A stretch of 64,000 nt of DNA from Eledone cirrhosa (Eukaryota). Below the pieces are notes generated by a model, which was not told the DNA's origin, did not search any database, and saw only the letters and a list, made by a program, of their open reading frames with translations. Shown here in pieces: positions 10,554 to 24,686 of this stretch; position 1 is the first letter of the stretch, and each line of letters begins with the position of its first letter. Location of the stretch: positions 183,396,001-183,460,000 of the forward strand of contig OZ024743.1 in assembly GCA_964016885.1 (NCBI GenBank), in the 5' to 3' direction. The translations under genes and the position numbers were made by a program.

Positions 10554-10953
10554 ACTCAGTAACAGAGAAGACCCGCCTTGCCAGTAGGCATCTCTAACAA
10601 AATACACCCCGTCCCACCACCACCACCCCCACCCCATCCACACCACCCCGTCCTATGTAAAGTTATGTTGGTGCCGCGCCATCCGGGCCGAAACAAATGA
10701 GATCGTGTAGGTGTCACGACAAAAAAACACACAGTCCACGCTGTAATGTGGCCGTGTAGGCAACACGGTAAAAACCTCCCAGACCCACACTGTAAATGTG
10801 GTTGGTGTTAGGAAGGGCATCCAACTGTAGAAAACCTGCCAGACAGTCCTATGCGAGCAAGACAATCACTCTTGCCTCAAGTGGGACTACCCCCGTCCAA
10901 ACCCATGCAAGCGTGGAACACGGACGTTAAACGTTGATGATGATGATGATGAT
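10549..10953 (+). mobile_element. 5'-truncated RTE copy: ORF terminus plus long 3' UTR and (TGA)n tail
   Basis: CAGTAACAGAGAAGACCCG resembles the ORF ends at 29788 and 60541; C-rich tract, duplicated CACACTGTAAA unit, TAGGAAGGGCATCCA, then CCCATGCAAGCGTGGAA..GGACGTTAAA(TGA)n. Confidence 0.8.
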
Positions 10954-11509
10954 ATATATGACAGACTGTCAGTAACTGTCATTTATACATATACAAGGGG
11001 AAGGAGGGTTTGTATTTATGCATATGTGTAAATACACACACACATACTATATATAAGGTCTGGGGTAGGAAGGCCTTTGTATTTATACATGTACCACCTG
11101 TAATAATTAGTATTACTTACCAACTCTCTCATATATATATATATATCTGTAGAAACCATGCACAGACTGGAATATATGTAAAGAAAACATGGATAGCCCC
11201 CTAGTCTGTGACAACTTGTCTAACCTATGCCAGCATGGAAGAATGGCTATTAAATGCTGATGATAGATATTGTGCATGTGTGTGTATATATAAACATATA
11301 AGTTAATATAGATACATAATATGCACATTTCATATATAAAATATGTATGTATGGTCCCTTAACCCCTGAGGGAGTTGTGGGGGCACTGTATTGATATACA
11401 GCATTTCTAGGGCATTTTAAAACCTGGTGGAGCCCATCTCTCTCCAGGTCTGAATACAGCAGATTTCTTCCAGTGAAGGATAGAGAGAGTGAGTGAATGA
11501 ATGGAATAA

Positions 11510-14500
11510 ATAAGAATTGCAACAACTGCGTCAACAGCAATAACACTAACTATGCTAAGGCTGCGGGTTGGCTGGTGCAGCAATGTGTGAGAACCCCCCG
11601 GCTGTCATCAAGCAATCGCACAAAAACAACTGCGTAAAGAGCAATAACACTAACCATGTTATGGCTGCGCAAGGTAGTGGGGTGGCTAGTGTGAGAACCC
11701 CACGACCATCATCAGGCAATCACACAACAGGAAAAAGATCGAGACGTTGCATCTCAGAGTTGCCACACTTAATGTTGGCACTCTAACAGGTAGATCTGGT
11801 GAGATAGTGGAGATGCTGGAGAGAAGGCATGTGGATGTGTGCTGTCTGCAAGAGGTGAGATAGAGAGGTGCCTCTGCAAGACTAATCGCAGGCAAACATC
11901 GTAGTTATAAGCTTTTCTGGGTGGGTAATGATGATGGGTTAGGTGGGGTAGGCATATTAGTGGCTGAGAGATGGATCAATAAGACAATAGTGGTAGTTCG
12001 AGTTAGTAATAGAATAATTAAGCTTAGATTAGTTGTAGGCAAAAGACTACTGACAATCATCTCTGCCTCTGCTCCCCAGGCAGGCCTAGGTAAAGAAGAG
12101 AAAAAATGCTTTTACGAGCAACTTTTACAAACAGCCTCAATGACAGAGGACAGAGACATCGTTATGCTAGCGGGGACATGTTGGACAGCTCCAGGATGGA
12201 TACACTGGGGTACATGGAGGGCACAGTTATGACTCAAGAAATGAAGAAGGAGTGAGGCTTCTTGAATTTTGTGATGCAAATGCACTAACCATTTGCAACA
12301 CTAACTTCCAGAAGCCTACCAACCACCTAATAACCTACAAATCAGGTGAGCACATAAGCCAGATTGACTTCCTGCTAGTTAGACAGCGAGACAGACAGAT
12401 GGTGTCAAATACTAAGGCATACCCCGAGGAAGAATGTACCCCACAGCATAGGTTAGTCGTTAGTGACATCTCAGTAAACAAAAAAAAAGAATGTGACATA
12501 CAGGAAGGTGTGGAAAAGAAAGGTCTGGAAGCTAAAAGACCTTTCATTAAAATATAAATTTAGCAAAGCCCTTCAAGATGTGTATGACGAAAAGGAAGAC
12601 GATTTAGAATCATATGACAAAGATGATAACTGGAATTTCTTGCGAGACAACTTACTGCAGGCTACCGAAGAAACTTGTGGTTGGGGCAGAGCTTCAACCA
12701 GACAGAGAGTGACCTGGTGGTGGAACAGCATGGTAGATAGGGTCATTAGAGACAAGAGACTGGCAAGGAAGGCTTGGAAAAAGGGTGGGAGTAGAGAAGG
12801 ATATACAGCTGCTAAGAGAGAAGCTAGGCATTAGGTGTACTTAGCATGCAGGGAGGCTGAGAGTAGGAGATTTACCAATGTTCTGCGACGGGAAGATCAG
12901 AGATGTGCGGTGTTCCGCATTGGAAGGCAGTGTGTCCGGAATGATGATGGTGTACTTAGTGTCATGAATGATCAAAAAAAGGAGGCCTGGAAATGTCATT
13001 ATGAGAGACTGATGAATGTGGAGAACAAATGGGAGAGAGAGAAATTACCCTTGGTAGATCCGACAGAGGGACCAGCTATTGAGATTGACGAATATAGGGT
13101 ACAAGAGGCAATTAAGGAAATGAAGAATGGTAAGGCTACTGGACCGTCAGGGATAGTTGCTGAGATGCTGAAGGCATCAGGAGAAGTAGGCACTAAACTA
13201 GTTGCACGCATCATTAATCAAGCTATATATGGTGGTGTCATACCCAAAGACTGGTGCAGCAGTATTCTCATAAATTACTACAAAGGTGAAGGGGATGCTC
13301 TAGAGAGGAGTAATTATAGGAGCATAAAGCTGATGGATCAGGTTATGAAAGTAGCAGAGAGAATATTAGCACAACTAATTAGAGAAAGGGACAAATTAGA
13401 TGTAGTTTGGTTTTGTGCCTCGGAAAAGTACAACAGATGCCCTCTTCTTAGTGAGGCAACTACAAGAGAGGTTCTTAGAGAAGAATAAGCCACTATACTT
13501 AGCTTTTGTTGACCTAGAGAAGGCCTTTGATAGGGTACCCCGATCTGTTATCTGGTGGTCCCTAAGGAAACTAGGTGTAGAGGAATGGCATGTGAAGACA
13601 GTGCAAGCTATGTACAGGGGTACTGTCAGTAAAGTGAGAATAGGAATGGAGTTTAGTGAGGAATTCCAGATACAAGTAGGTGTACATCAAGGTTCGGTTG
13701 TCAGCCCACTCTTGTTCACTATAGTCCTCCAAGCCATAACAGAGGAGTTTAAGACTGGCTGCCCATGGGAACTTCTCTATACTGATGATCTGGTTCTTAT
13801 AGCAGAATCTGTAGAGGAGCTAGAGAATAAATTCTGGCTATGGAAACAGTAGTTGGAATCAAGAGGCCTGAGAGTGAACATAGCTAAAACAAAAGTGTTG
13901 ATAAGCAGAAGAGAGGACAATACTCTGATTCCATTGGGGAAATGGCCATGTTCGATATGTAGGAAAGGAACTGGCATAAATTCCATAAAATATACGCAAT
14001 GCAGATCTTGGGTACACAAGAGATGTAGTGGGATAGCAGGCAAACTAACAGGTAGGGAAAACTACGTATGCAGATGTACAGGGAAAGTTGGCAGTATTAA
14101 TCGCAGTGATAGACACATTTTTCAAATGCAGGTGGGTTCTAGAGAAGTGGTTGATAGCTTCTGCTACCTAGGTGATCAGATTAGCATGGGAGGAGGTGAG
14201 GGGTGAGTGTTCCGAGGCCATAGTATCTAGAATAAGGACATGTTGGAAGAAGTTTAGGGAACTGCTTCCTCTGTTGACAAAGAAGGGTTTCTCCCTGCGT
14301 ACGGCAGGACGGTTATATGATGCCTGTGTGAGATGCGCTATGTTGCATGGTAGTGAGACATGGGCAGCAACTGCAGAAGATATGCGATGGCTGGAGAGAA
14401 ATGAAGCAAGTATGCTCCGTTGGATGTGCAATACCAATGTGCGTGAACGACTAAGCATAGACGAGTTGAGAAAGAAACTGGGTATAAGAGGGATAAATTG

Positions 14501-14775
14501 TGGTGTGCAGGAGAGAAGGCTGAGATGGTATGGACATGTGATGCGCATGGAGGATGACCGCTGGGTAAAGAAGTGCCAAGAAATCCCAGTAGAAGGAAGA
14601 CATGGTAGAGGTAGACTACGAAAAACATGAGTGGAGGTGGTGAGAGCAGACCTCAGATCGCTGAAACTCACCGAGGAGATGACAAAGGACCGTAACAAGT
14701 GGAGAGATGCTGTGCTGAATAGGACCCGTCCAACCCTTGCAAGCAGGGAAAAGCGGACGTATGATGATGATGATG
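11510..14775 (+). mobile_element. RTE-clade LINE family 1, full length but degenerate
   Basis: ORF fragments 11921-14630 align with the intact 26709-29828 protein (EN, RT with YTDD, PHD-like finger); several stops and frameshifts; ORF runs straight into a short tail CCGTCCAACCCTTGCAAGCAGGGAAAAGCGGACGTA(TGA)n. Confidence 0.95.
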
Positions 14776-15188
14776 GTATAGAGGAAGAATCAATCTAACG
14801 ATTCTGCCAATTCAAAGCTTTCAATATAAAAGAATTTAGAGTATAAAATAACCTCATAATAATTGAATGTATAAATATAAACATTTGTCTGCATATAAAA
14901 AACAATTGGTTATATTTTTCATATTCAATTACACACATTATTTTACATTTTTTAAATTATCATACCAGTTTCTGTCATCGGCTAGGCATGTTAATACACC
15001 ACATGAGCTTTTAATATCCTGTACTGCATGAAACCACATTAGCATAACATTCTTAGAAATTACAAAACAGCACTATGACCACAATCATTAACAATTATAT
15101 TCATTGGTCTAATATTACAAATTATCACCCGGATTTGTCCACTAGTAAAGAAACCGAACATTTGAATTAGCACCCCCGTTTTTAGATA

Positions 15189-15506
15189 TTCTTCTTCTCT
15201 CCTTCTTCACCCATTTATTCCTGAGAGGATCGTGGGGGACAGAGTCTTCAAACACTCCTTCCAGCGGGTCCTGTCAGAAGCAACCGTCTCCAATTGATCC
15301 AGCTGGATCCCCAAGTGTGACCAACCAAGCTCATGGATGTTATCCAATCATCTTGCTCAAGATCTACGCTTGGGTCTCCTGCCGGTTGGTTTTGCCTGTA
15401 AAATCTGTCCAGTGATTCTTCCCTGAGAAATTTTAACCACATGGCTGTAGTATCGGAACTGTGATCTATCAATTTGGAGAAGTAGTGGCTCTACCTGGAG
15501 TGACTC
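15189..15506 (-). mobile_element. 3' fragment of a different RTE LINE (Expander/Rex3-like)
   Basis: Minus-strand translation EPLLLQIDRSQFRYYSHV...KPTGRRPKRRS*ARWLDNIHELGWSHLG matches the RTE C-terminal pattern; GAA-repeat tail. Confidence 0.75.
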
Positions 15507-16028
15507 TTTTTTAGATATATTCTGCTAAATTATTACAGGGTGTGAAGAGTTCAGGATTTTAGGCAATCATATTGACCCCAGTACTTATTTTGGTGTGGTA
15601 TTTGCTTTATTGGTCCCTATTTGTTGAACCACTAAATTACAAATTATAAATGAACTCAATATAAACAACACGGGTTTTGTGACTGGTGCAACAAAAAATA
15701 TAGACACAGACACATACATATATGACAGGTTTCTGCACAATTTTTGCATACTAAATTTCAGAAGGTATTGTCCAACCTGAGGCTATATTAGAAGACACTC
15801 AAAATGCAGAGCAATGGGACTGAAATTGGCATCATATAGACAGTAATGCCTCTCTATGTGTGTCGATTACTTCTTCAGGTTTTTGCTGAGGCTGGGTGTG
15901 TGACGATGATCACAACCTTAAAAATACATAGTGAAAGGCCTTCAAATGTTTTTCAAAAACATCCCATATATTATTCAATATACAATACGTACATTCATAT
16001 GTATATCACTATTTCGTAGCACCAATAC

Positions 16029-16066
<38 letters not shown>

Positions 16067-16610
16067 AAGATATGTATGTGTGTGTGTGTGTGAAATTTAA
16101 AACGTGCATCACAATGCAAATAACCTTTGTTGCTAATTTTCTCAACTAACTACTATAGTGATTGACTATTACTACGGTCATTTGCACTGGGGTGTGCACA
16201 TTTCAAATATACCCCATGTTTCATAAGTCAACTGTTTTGTTTACATTTCCTCTTCAAGAAGTATTTAATTCTGTTCTACATTATCATTTCAAATGCTACA
16301 AGGGTTCATTTTGCTTGTCATCATTTTAGGATCCATAAAATATGTACCAGTTATGTACTGGTTTCAATTCAATCAATCATATTCCTCCTTTAGAGAATTT
16401 TTAAACTTTTATTTTTGAGATATTCGTTTCTTTTAAACAGACATGGCTGTGTGGCTAACAAGGTTGTTTTGAAACCATGTGGTTTTAGGTTCACCAATGC
16501 CTTGTGAGTGAAAATTGTTGTCAAAAACAGGTCATTGTTAATATTGGTTGAACAGATTTCTTAATAAAGCAGTTGTCATCTTAACTTCATACTTTGATCC
16601 ACTTTATAAT

Positions 16611-16773
16611 AATTGTTTCTACTTTTGGCACAAGGTCAGTAATTATCCCAGTACATTAGTGGTACTTTATTTTATCGACACCGAAAGGCAAAGTTAACCT
16701 TGGCGGGATTTGAACTCAGAACGTTAAGGGACGTAACTCTGCTGTAAAGCATGGCGTCCGATACTGCCAATTC
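16611..16773 (-). mobile_element. SINE family A copy
   Basis: Reverse complement of the 3234-3420 element with small deletions; TAATAAT on both flanks. Confidence 0.88.
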
Positions 16774-16779
16774 TAATAA

Positions 16780-17040
16780 TGAAAATTATTGTGTATAGTG
16801 CTGAGGTGCACTACAACTAATCAAAAGTGCATGTATAGTACATAGAATAATGTACAAATGTCAGGAAAGTGAAATGTCACAAAAGTGAACAGTGTATGAG
16901 TCATGATATACACACAGACACATACATACATGTGTATGGAGAAGGGATATCAGGTGTAGTATTGGTGAATTCAGGAAGCATGGAAGTTTTGAAGGGTGCA
17001 GTGTCCCTGACAGTTAATAACTGATGCAGGTAGTCTTATC
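16780..17040 (-). mobile_element. 3' end fragment of a CR1/L2-like LINE
   Basis: Minus-strand remnant LPASVINC...APFKTSMLPEF has the LP..VV....FK pattern typical of CR1/L2-group ORF2 C-termini. Confidence 0.45.
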
Positions 17041-17330
17041 AGAAAATGAGGGTTAAACGAAAGCTAATTACCATCAGCATTTGACTGGTGATGGCAGAAT
17101 GTGTGTAAAGTTCTTTTACTGTTTTAATCATGGGGACAAGACCACGCTGGACCGTGGCTGGAGGAGTTTTAGTTGACCATATTGAACCTAGTATTTATTA
17201 AGTCTGGTACATATATTATTGATTTAAGTTGCTAAGTTTCAGTACATAAACAAACAGCACTGGTTGTTAAGCAGTGTCAACATAAAAATAAACATAGACA
17301 CACATCTAGACATAAATATATATATGTATA

Positions 17331-17383
<53 letters not shown>

Positions 17384-17394
17384 TATCCTAACCT

Positions 17395-17790
17395 ATAGTC
17401 AGTAGGCCCCTCCAAACCAAACACACCCCAACCCACTACCCCACCCTCCCAATCCCGCCAACACCACCCTTTCTCTATAAAGTTATTTTGGTACCACAAC
17501 ATACAGTCCAAACTAATGAGATCAAGATCGAGATCGTGTAGGTGTCACAACAAAAAAACACAGTCCACGCTGTAATGTGGCCGTGTAAATAACACGGTAA
17601 AAAGTTCCCAGTCCACACTGTAAATGTGGTTGGTGTTAGGAAGAGCATCCAGCTGAAGAAAACCCTGCCAGATAGTTCTATATGAGCGAGACAGTCACCT
17701 GACCAATCTTGCCTCAAGTGGGACAACTCCCGTCTAACCCATGCTAGCGTGGAAGATAGACGTTAAATGATGATGATGATGATGATGATG
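17395..17790 (+). mobile_element. 5'-truncated RTE 3' UTR copy (same subfamily as 10549-10953)
   Basis: Shares GAGATCGTGTAGGTGTCAC..CAAAAAAA...GTCCACGCTGTAATGTGGCCGTGTA, the AGGAAGRGCATCCA motif and the (TGA)n tail. Confidence 0.85.
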
Positions 17791-19455
17791 ATTATCACTA
17801 TCATTTTATGTCTGTTTCTATGCTGGCATGTGTTGGAAACATAACACACACATAGCAACCCCACCCCTCCCCCACACCAATCTACAGTTTTGGTGTGTAA
17901 AATTAAGAAAAGACTAAAAATTCCCAACATATTCTTCTAAAAAACTGAAAACTTCCACTTCCAAACAACAAAATAGAAAAACAAGTTAGTTTTTAAAGTT
18001 TCAAGTCAGTTTTTAAAAATTTCAACAACAATTACACATCTTTCGGGCTATTTCTATCTTATCAACAACTCAATAAATCTGTCATGTTTTCAATTATAAA
18101 ACATGTTTAAACTGAGCACCATATATGGCTGTGTATGTATATATATATATATACACACACATACACACATATACACATATATGCACCCCCCCCCACTCAT
18201 GTCCTCATATACATACACACCCACACACACAGATACATGTTCATACACATATATATACACATACATATATGTCCATACACATATATACATGCATACATAT
18301 TCACACATGCATATATATATATGCATGTGTGGATATATATATATATACACACACACATACATACATGTCCACACATGCATATGTATATATACATACATAC
18401 ATACATGCCCACACATGCATATATATATACATACATGAATTCCAGGTAACTTATTTTTCTCAGTTGAGTGAACTGGAGCAACATGAAATAAAGCGTCTTG
18501 CTGAAGGACGCAAAGTGCTGCCATGATAGTGACCCAAATACCTCTCTCCACACACACACAAATGTACGCTATCAGTAATACATGTACACACAAACTAGAA
18601 TCTACTGCTCAGAAAGGTGCTGGGCGTGGGTCAAAGGTAAGAATTCAGCTGCTTCTACCTGGGTAAAAGAAATAATCTAATGAGACTCTAAAACAAAGGT
18701 TCTATGGAGAGTCTTAATAGTTGAATGTAAACATTGTGAGTAATTGGTAAGAAAGTTCTCAGAATTCCTGCAAAGGAGAAAATGAAGGAAGGAAGGAAAG
18801 ATTCATTATAGAATTAAGAAAGAAAAGATAAAAACAATAACTAAAAGTATAAATAAAACACTGCTACCATGAACACAATACGTTTTTATTTAGTTGAAAA
18901 CTTTTTCTTTTGTAGGTTGAAGAAGCAGGTAAAGGAAAACATAACAAGAATTCATTGAGTATGAGTCAACATTAACAAATGTTTTCCTTCTCTTTAACTA
19001 ACAGCAGTTAGTGGCTGATCTAGAAACTTCAATAGACTGTTGCCAATATCTTCATCCCTCTAAATATAATCTAACTTTTTCTGCACTGGTCTGAAATAAT
19101 TTCTGTTTAGAACAACTGTTCCCCAGTTTACTGAGACGATGTGGAATATGGAGAGGCGTTTATATGGCAGATACGGACAGACCAACTAAATCAGAGGTCA
19201 GGGTTATTTTAGCTCTGATTCAAGAAGAGATTACAACTATTAATAATAATAATAATAAGAACAACAACAACAACAGCAGCAGTATTGGAGGCATTTACTG
19301 AAGAAATGGACCGAACTAAACAAACACTTGCTTCTCACTTTCAAGAAAATATCATATGAAATTCTAAGAAAAACTGAAACAACATTGATGATAATAATAG
19401 CAACAACTGAGAGAAGAGTAATCATCTTCTGAGACAGAAGACTAAAATTCCATCG

Positions 19456-20159
19456 ATGGAGTTGTTGCTGTTGTTGTCACTGACACTGCTGTTCAGTAAT
19501 GTGTCAGTTTATAGTAGGCCTTATATACAGAAGTCAATAGAGAAAGGGGAAACGGAACTGAAAGGATTTCCTGTTAGTCTGGAAACAAAGCCAGTGGTGG
19601 CGGCAGTGGAACCACACCTTCATCAATCTGTATCAACAAACAAACAGAATGGTTATATCCAAAACTCAACAGGTTTGTCAGAAACGTCAATTTCCGCTAT
19701 CAGAGACAACAAAGCCAACATAAACACTAAACAAAAGAGAGATTATATCGTGGACAATCAAAACTCCAAAACTGTGGAACAAACTACAAAGTCTAACATC
19801 AACCAAAGCCGGGATTTTGGATTTCTGTATAAACAACATAAGGCAGCAGAACCCCTTAAATATGTCCCTGTCAACAATCAGTTTGTAGATATTAAGAAGG
19901 ATTTACATGTGGATAAAAGTAGTTCTTTACATCAGATACCAAATATGGTTTTAAATGTTGTGACTGCCATTGTGGCATTTATTTGCATCACACTGACCGT
20001 AGCCATCTTTAAATGTTGTTGTTGGAAAAAAAACCGCACAGATGATGTTAATGATGATGATGTTGATGTGAAAGATCATATAAGGAAGGAAGCAGGTGAT
20101 ACTAGTGATGTGGACAACCAATCAGATACTTCAGACATTCACGATGAGCAAATAAATGA
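19456..20159 (+). CDS. First coding exon of a probable single-pass type I membrane protein of unknown family
   Basis: 234 non-repetitive codons; hydrophobic signal peptide MELLLLLSLTLLFSNVSVYS; TM helix VLNVVTAIVAFICITLTVAIF then KCCCWKK and an acidic tail; the apparent stop lies inside a perfect donor GA|GTAAGT at 20160. Upstream donor AAG|GTAAGA (18637) and acceptor TTTTTCTTTTGTAG (18915) suggest a 5' UTR intron. Confidence 0.75.
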
Positions 20160-20184
20160 GTAAGTAAACAAAAACACTCTTTTT

Positions 20185-20930
20185 TATATTGCAAGATAGC
20201 CAGGACAGTTTTAGTAGTGTATGTGACATATTTCATATATCTAGGTATATTCCAAGATACCTAGGGCTGATTTAATAGTATGTATGTAACATATTTCATA
20301 TATCTAGGTGTTTTCCAAGATAACCAGAACTTCTTTGATAGTATGTGCAACATATATCTAGGTGTATTCCAAAATAGCTAGGACTTCTGTGCTAGTATAT
20401 ATATATAACATATTACATATATCTAGGTGTATTCCAAGATAGCCAGGACTTCTGTGCTAGTATCTATATAACATATTACATATATATAGGTGTATTCCAA
20501 GATAGCCTGGACTTCTGTGCTAGTATATATATAACATATTACATATATCTAGGTGTATTCCAAGATAGCCTGAACTTCTGTGCTAGTATATATATAACAT
20601 ATTACATATATATAGGTGTATTCCAAGATAGCCTGGACTTCTGTGCTAGTATATATATAACATATTACATATATATAGGTGTATTCCAAGATAGCCTGAA
20701 CTTCTGTGCTAGTATATATATAACATATTACATATATCTAGGTGTATTCCAAGATAGCCTGAACTTCTGTGCTAGTATATATATAACATATTACATATAT
20801 CTAGGTGTATTCCAAGATAGCCTGAACTTCTGTGCTAGTATATATATAACATATTACATATATATAGGTGTATTCCAAGATAGCCTGGACTTCTGTGCTA
20901 GTATATATATAACATATTTCATATATCTAG
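20185..20930 (+). repeat. 63-bp minisatellite, about 12 copies
   Basis: Unit AGGTGTATTCCAAGATAGCCTGRACTTCTGTGCTAGTATATATATAACATATTACATATATMT; copies become more homogeneous toward the right. Confidence 0.95.
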
Positions 20931-21325
20931 CAATAACTTGTTAGTTGTTTATCCCTTTTCATACCAATGTATCAAGAACCACCTAGTTTGATGATACAAA
21001 GCTGTCCATTTCATAATATTTGTACTTAATATTGAAACTTTTCATCTTAACTTTATTTAAGAAATATTTCAGCAACACATCCGAGACACAACTGGTGCCT
21101 CTATCTATAACACTTCTCTGTGCCATATCTGGTGCCTCTGTTATATATATTGTTAAACACATGTAACACAGCTAAAGTATCTGTAAATTATCTGCGATGT
21201 CACTAAAACATCTCTACTTGTTCATAATTGTCAGTTGTAGTCACTCTTGTATATGACAATCTACTACCTTAGTAATATATATTGTCATTTGTGTTAATAA
21301 CCTGTAATATACACCCAATGTATGA

Positions 21326-21440
21326 CTGTATAATACATCTGGTGTTAGTAGTAACTGTATAATACATCTGGTGTTAGTAGTAACTGTATAATACATCTGG
21401 TGTTAGTATTAACTGTATAATACATATGGTGTTAGTAGTA
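21326..21440 (+). repeat. 29-bp tandem repeat, about 4 copies
   Basis: ACTGTATAATACATCTGGTGTTAGTAGTA. Confidence 0.9.
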
Positions 21441-21591
21441 AACCCAGTAAAACTAATGACACAACTGTAATATATCTAGTTAGCTGTGTTTATAACACAT
21501 CTAACAACATGCAACATCTATTCTCTCCTATATACGCATACATCTGATGTGCTAATAGTAAAGTTGGGTTATCTGTAACCAGATCTGACAT

Positions 21592-21930
21592 CTGGATATT
21601 TAACACTTTAGGCTAGCTCTAGAATGTGTGCCAGGGTATTTAGCACCTTAGACTAGCTCCACAATGTATACCTGGGTATGTAGCACCATAGGTTAGCTCT
21701 ACAATGCATACCTGGGTATGTAGCACCCATAGTTAGTTCTACAATGTATATATGGGTATATAACAACATAGGCTAACACTACAATGTATACCTGGATATT
21801 TAGCACCATAGGGTAGCTCTACAATGTATACCTGGGTATGTAGCATCCAAGGTTAGCTCTACAATGCATACTAGGGTATGTAGTACTGTAGGGTATCTAC
21901 AATGTATACCACAGGGTAGCTCTACAATGT
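21592..21930 (+). repeat. About 40-bp tandem repeat, about 8 copies
   Basis: TAGCACCATAGGTTAGCTCTACAATGTATACCTGGGTATG variants. Confidence 0.9.
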
Positions 21931-22519
21931 GTGTTCTCTTTACTTACTTATACAACTCATACTCCAAAATAGTTCAATATAGATCAGAAATCCTGGTTTT
22001 TGACACTTTTTGCTCTGACCACACAGAAAAATTTACTAAGTCTGCATTTTCCACAGTCCACACTCACTTATGCCAAATCATGTGTGACAGGTCATTTTGG
22101 ATATTTCCACAACATTGCCACACAATAAAGATATTTAATGAATTATTTCCTGATCATAAGAAATTATTATTTATTCAAATTAATTACTCAAATTTGTATA
22201 AAACTGTGATCCTTTAAGGTTCAGTATTGTACCTCTTTGACATCTGAGCCCTAAGTTGCTACCTAGTTGGCCTTAATGGTAGCACCAGCCCTGTCTATAA
22301 TATATCTTCTCAGCTGTAATCAAAGCACAACTTGTGTGTTTAATGTAAACATATTTTCTGTCATCACATCTGGCATGGTTGTCATTTATCTTCTAAGTAT
22401 CAGTCACTAATCATCTGGTTGCATCTGTAACAGATTCTTGGGTGTTGATAGAACAGATATGTCTAACTAGTTTAATTTATTAACCCTTCCCTCTCTCTGT
22501 AGTACATATTTTAGATACA

Positions 22520-22670
22520 AGCATAGCTGAGTGGTTAACAAGCTCACTTCACAGTCAAAATGTCCCAGGTTCAATTCCAGCGCATGTCATATTGAGCAAG
22601 AGTCATTTACCACAGCCTTGGGTCATCTGAAGCCCAGTGAGTGCGGAGGCCCATCAGATGTATATGTAAT
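22520..22670 (+). mobile_element. tRNA-derived SINE family B, diverged (related copies 16440-16520, 15600-15830 minus, 47655-47990, 59012-59090)
   Basis: A-box TAGCTGAGTGG, B-box GGTTCAATTCC, followed by TTGAGCAAGAGTC..ACCACAGCCTTGGG..AAGCCCAGTGAGTG. Confidence 0.65.
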
Positions 22671-24579
22671 TTAAAAGTCCAACCTCCTCATATTGTCTCA
22701 CTGATTTAGCCAGAGAATGTTAACTGTGACCATTTCTAATAAAATACTCTCTATTTTAGTTAATTAAAGAAGAATTTTGAGGGATTTAATAAAATTATTA
22801 TTTCATTACTAAGATGGTAACTTAACATGACTTTGTTTCATAGAATTAACTGTTTTGACAGAGTTACTATGAAAAGGGTTAAGGATAGATGTCCTTGTAG
22901 AATACTCAGCTACTTAAATGATAATTTAACAATTCAGTTAATCATGACAGCCACTGGAGAATCTAGTGGTACATATTATCGTTAGTAATATAGTAGCAAC
23001 TCATTAAAGTGTTATCTTATATCTAATATATTTTGTCAACAATATATCTTTTAACATCCTGTAATGGTTGAACATAAAACATCTAAAAATCTTTATAGTA
23101 TCTTTACTAGTAAACAAATTATTGTGAAAATTTGCAGTAAACAAAAGACTTTAATTTTTAATGTTTTGTATTTTAAAAATATTTGTTGTTCATGTTGTTT
23201 CATGTGGTACAGGATGTTAAGAGATATGATAATAGAATTTGTCTGTAGTCTGCAGAATGTCTTCAGCAATATAACTTCTTTTTTATTCTGTTGAGTTATA
23301 TTTAGTTTATATCATAACTTAATACATTTCTATTTTTTTTTTATAACTTACACATTTATAATAACAAAACTTGTCCTGTGTGTCTTCAGTGATTCTGTGA
23401 ATCATTGATACAATTTATCACCTACTCTTGGGGCCTAAATAATAGGATGTGTGAGTGTGTGAGGAATAAGCAGAGGGTTGGGTGAAATAAGCAAGGTGGT
23501 TGGAAAATCAGTAATTTTTCTAGGTTGTCTCTCTTTTACAAACCAGAATTTATTTGATAACATATGGATTTCTGTTAAAGTACTTTTTTGTCATGTATAA
23601 TGTTTTTAATGTATAAAGAAAATTATTTGTTGCAGGAATGTTATGACTTAAAATAAAATTTCAGTGGAGGTAGATTAGCAAATTTGGGGTGAGGGGGGAT
23701 GGGAAAATTATTTGAGACCTGAGACTACATATGAAAGTACATTAGTGTGTTACAGCATGTTTTAACAGTATATAATAATATTGTGTACAATTGGTACATT
23801 TTCTGCATCTATATTGAACACTTTGTAAGCTTGTAGTAAATTTCTTGTTGTCACATATATGTGTGTAAAAGGTAAACAGAAATAACAACACAAACGGTAC
23901 ATTATATGGAAGGACTATATTAGTTTAATGCTTTGTAGCATATTTGGAATGTCTGTTGTAGATCTAATTAAACATACCAGATCTATACCCTCTCAGATTA
24001 TTACTAAAACTAATATTTATATGTAAACTGTTATAAACAGAAACAATAAAATTTCTTCTAAAATGTCATATTTTGCAGTTTTTGTTAAAAAAAAAAATAT
24101 TTTACTGGCTTCATCGCCCCCCTCTATTCTACCTCACACTGTCACTCTCTTACTGGCTTCACCCCACCTCTATTTTACCTCACACTGTCACTTTCTTGTT
24201 TAGCTTGAAAGTAGACAAGGGTACACAAGGTTCCTTAGCAACCAAATGCAATACATAACCAAATTAATTTTAAACACTGCTTATGATACATTCTAAACCC
24301 TATCATCATCATCTTGGCTTTTTTCTTGCTACAAGAACAAAACTAGTTTCTCACATAAGCTTGCTGTTTTTATTCATGAGAAGAAGTGATGTTCACACAT
24401 TTCCTAATAATGTCGGTGAAATAATTGGAGAGGTGTTCAACAATTGAAACATAGTTAACTGAAAACATTAACAACTTCTGTAATATATATAAGTAATATA
24501 TGTAAGTTCTTGTATGCCATATATGTAAGTTCTTGTATGTTAAGTATGTGTTTGTGTACATTATATATCTATATATATA

Positions 24580-24686
24580 TCAAATCCCGCCGAGGTTAAC
24601 TTTGCCTTTCATCCTTACGGGGTCGATGAAATAAAGTACCAGTAATGCACTGGGTAATTGCTGGCCTTGTGCCAAAAGTAGAAATA
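24580..24686 (+). mobile_element. 5'-truncated SINE family A
   Basis: Begins within the B-box; 16-bp TSD ATTATATATCTATATA at 24560-24575 and 24687-24702. Confidence 0.88.
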
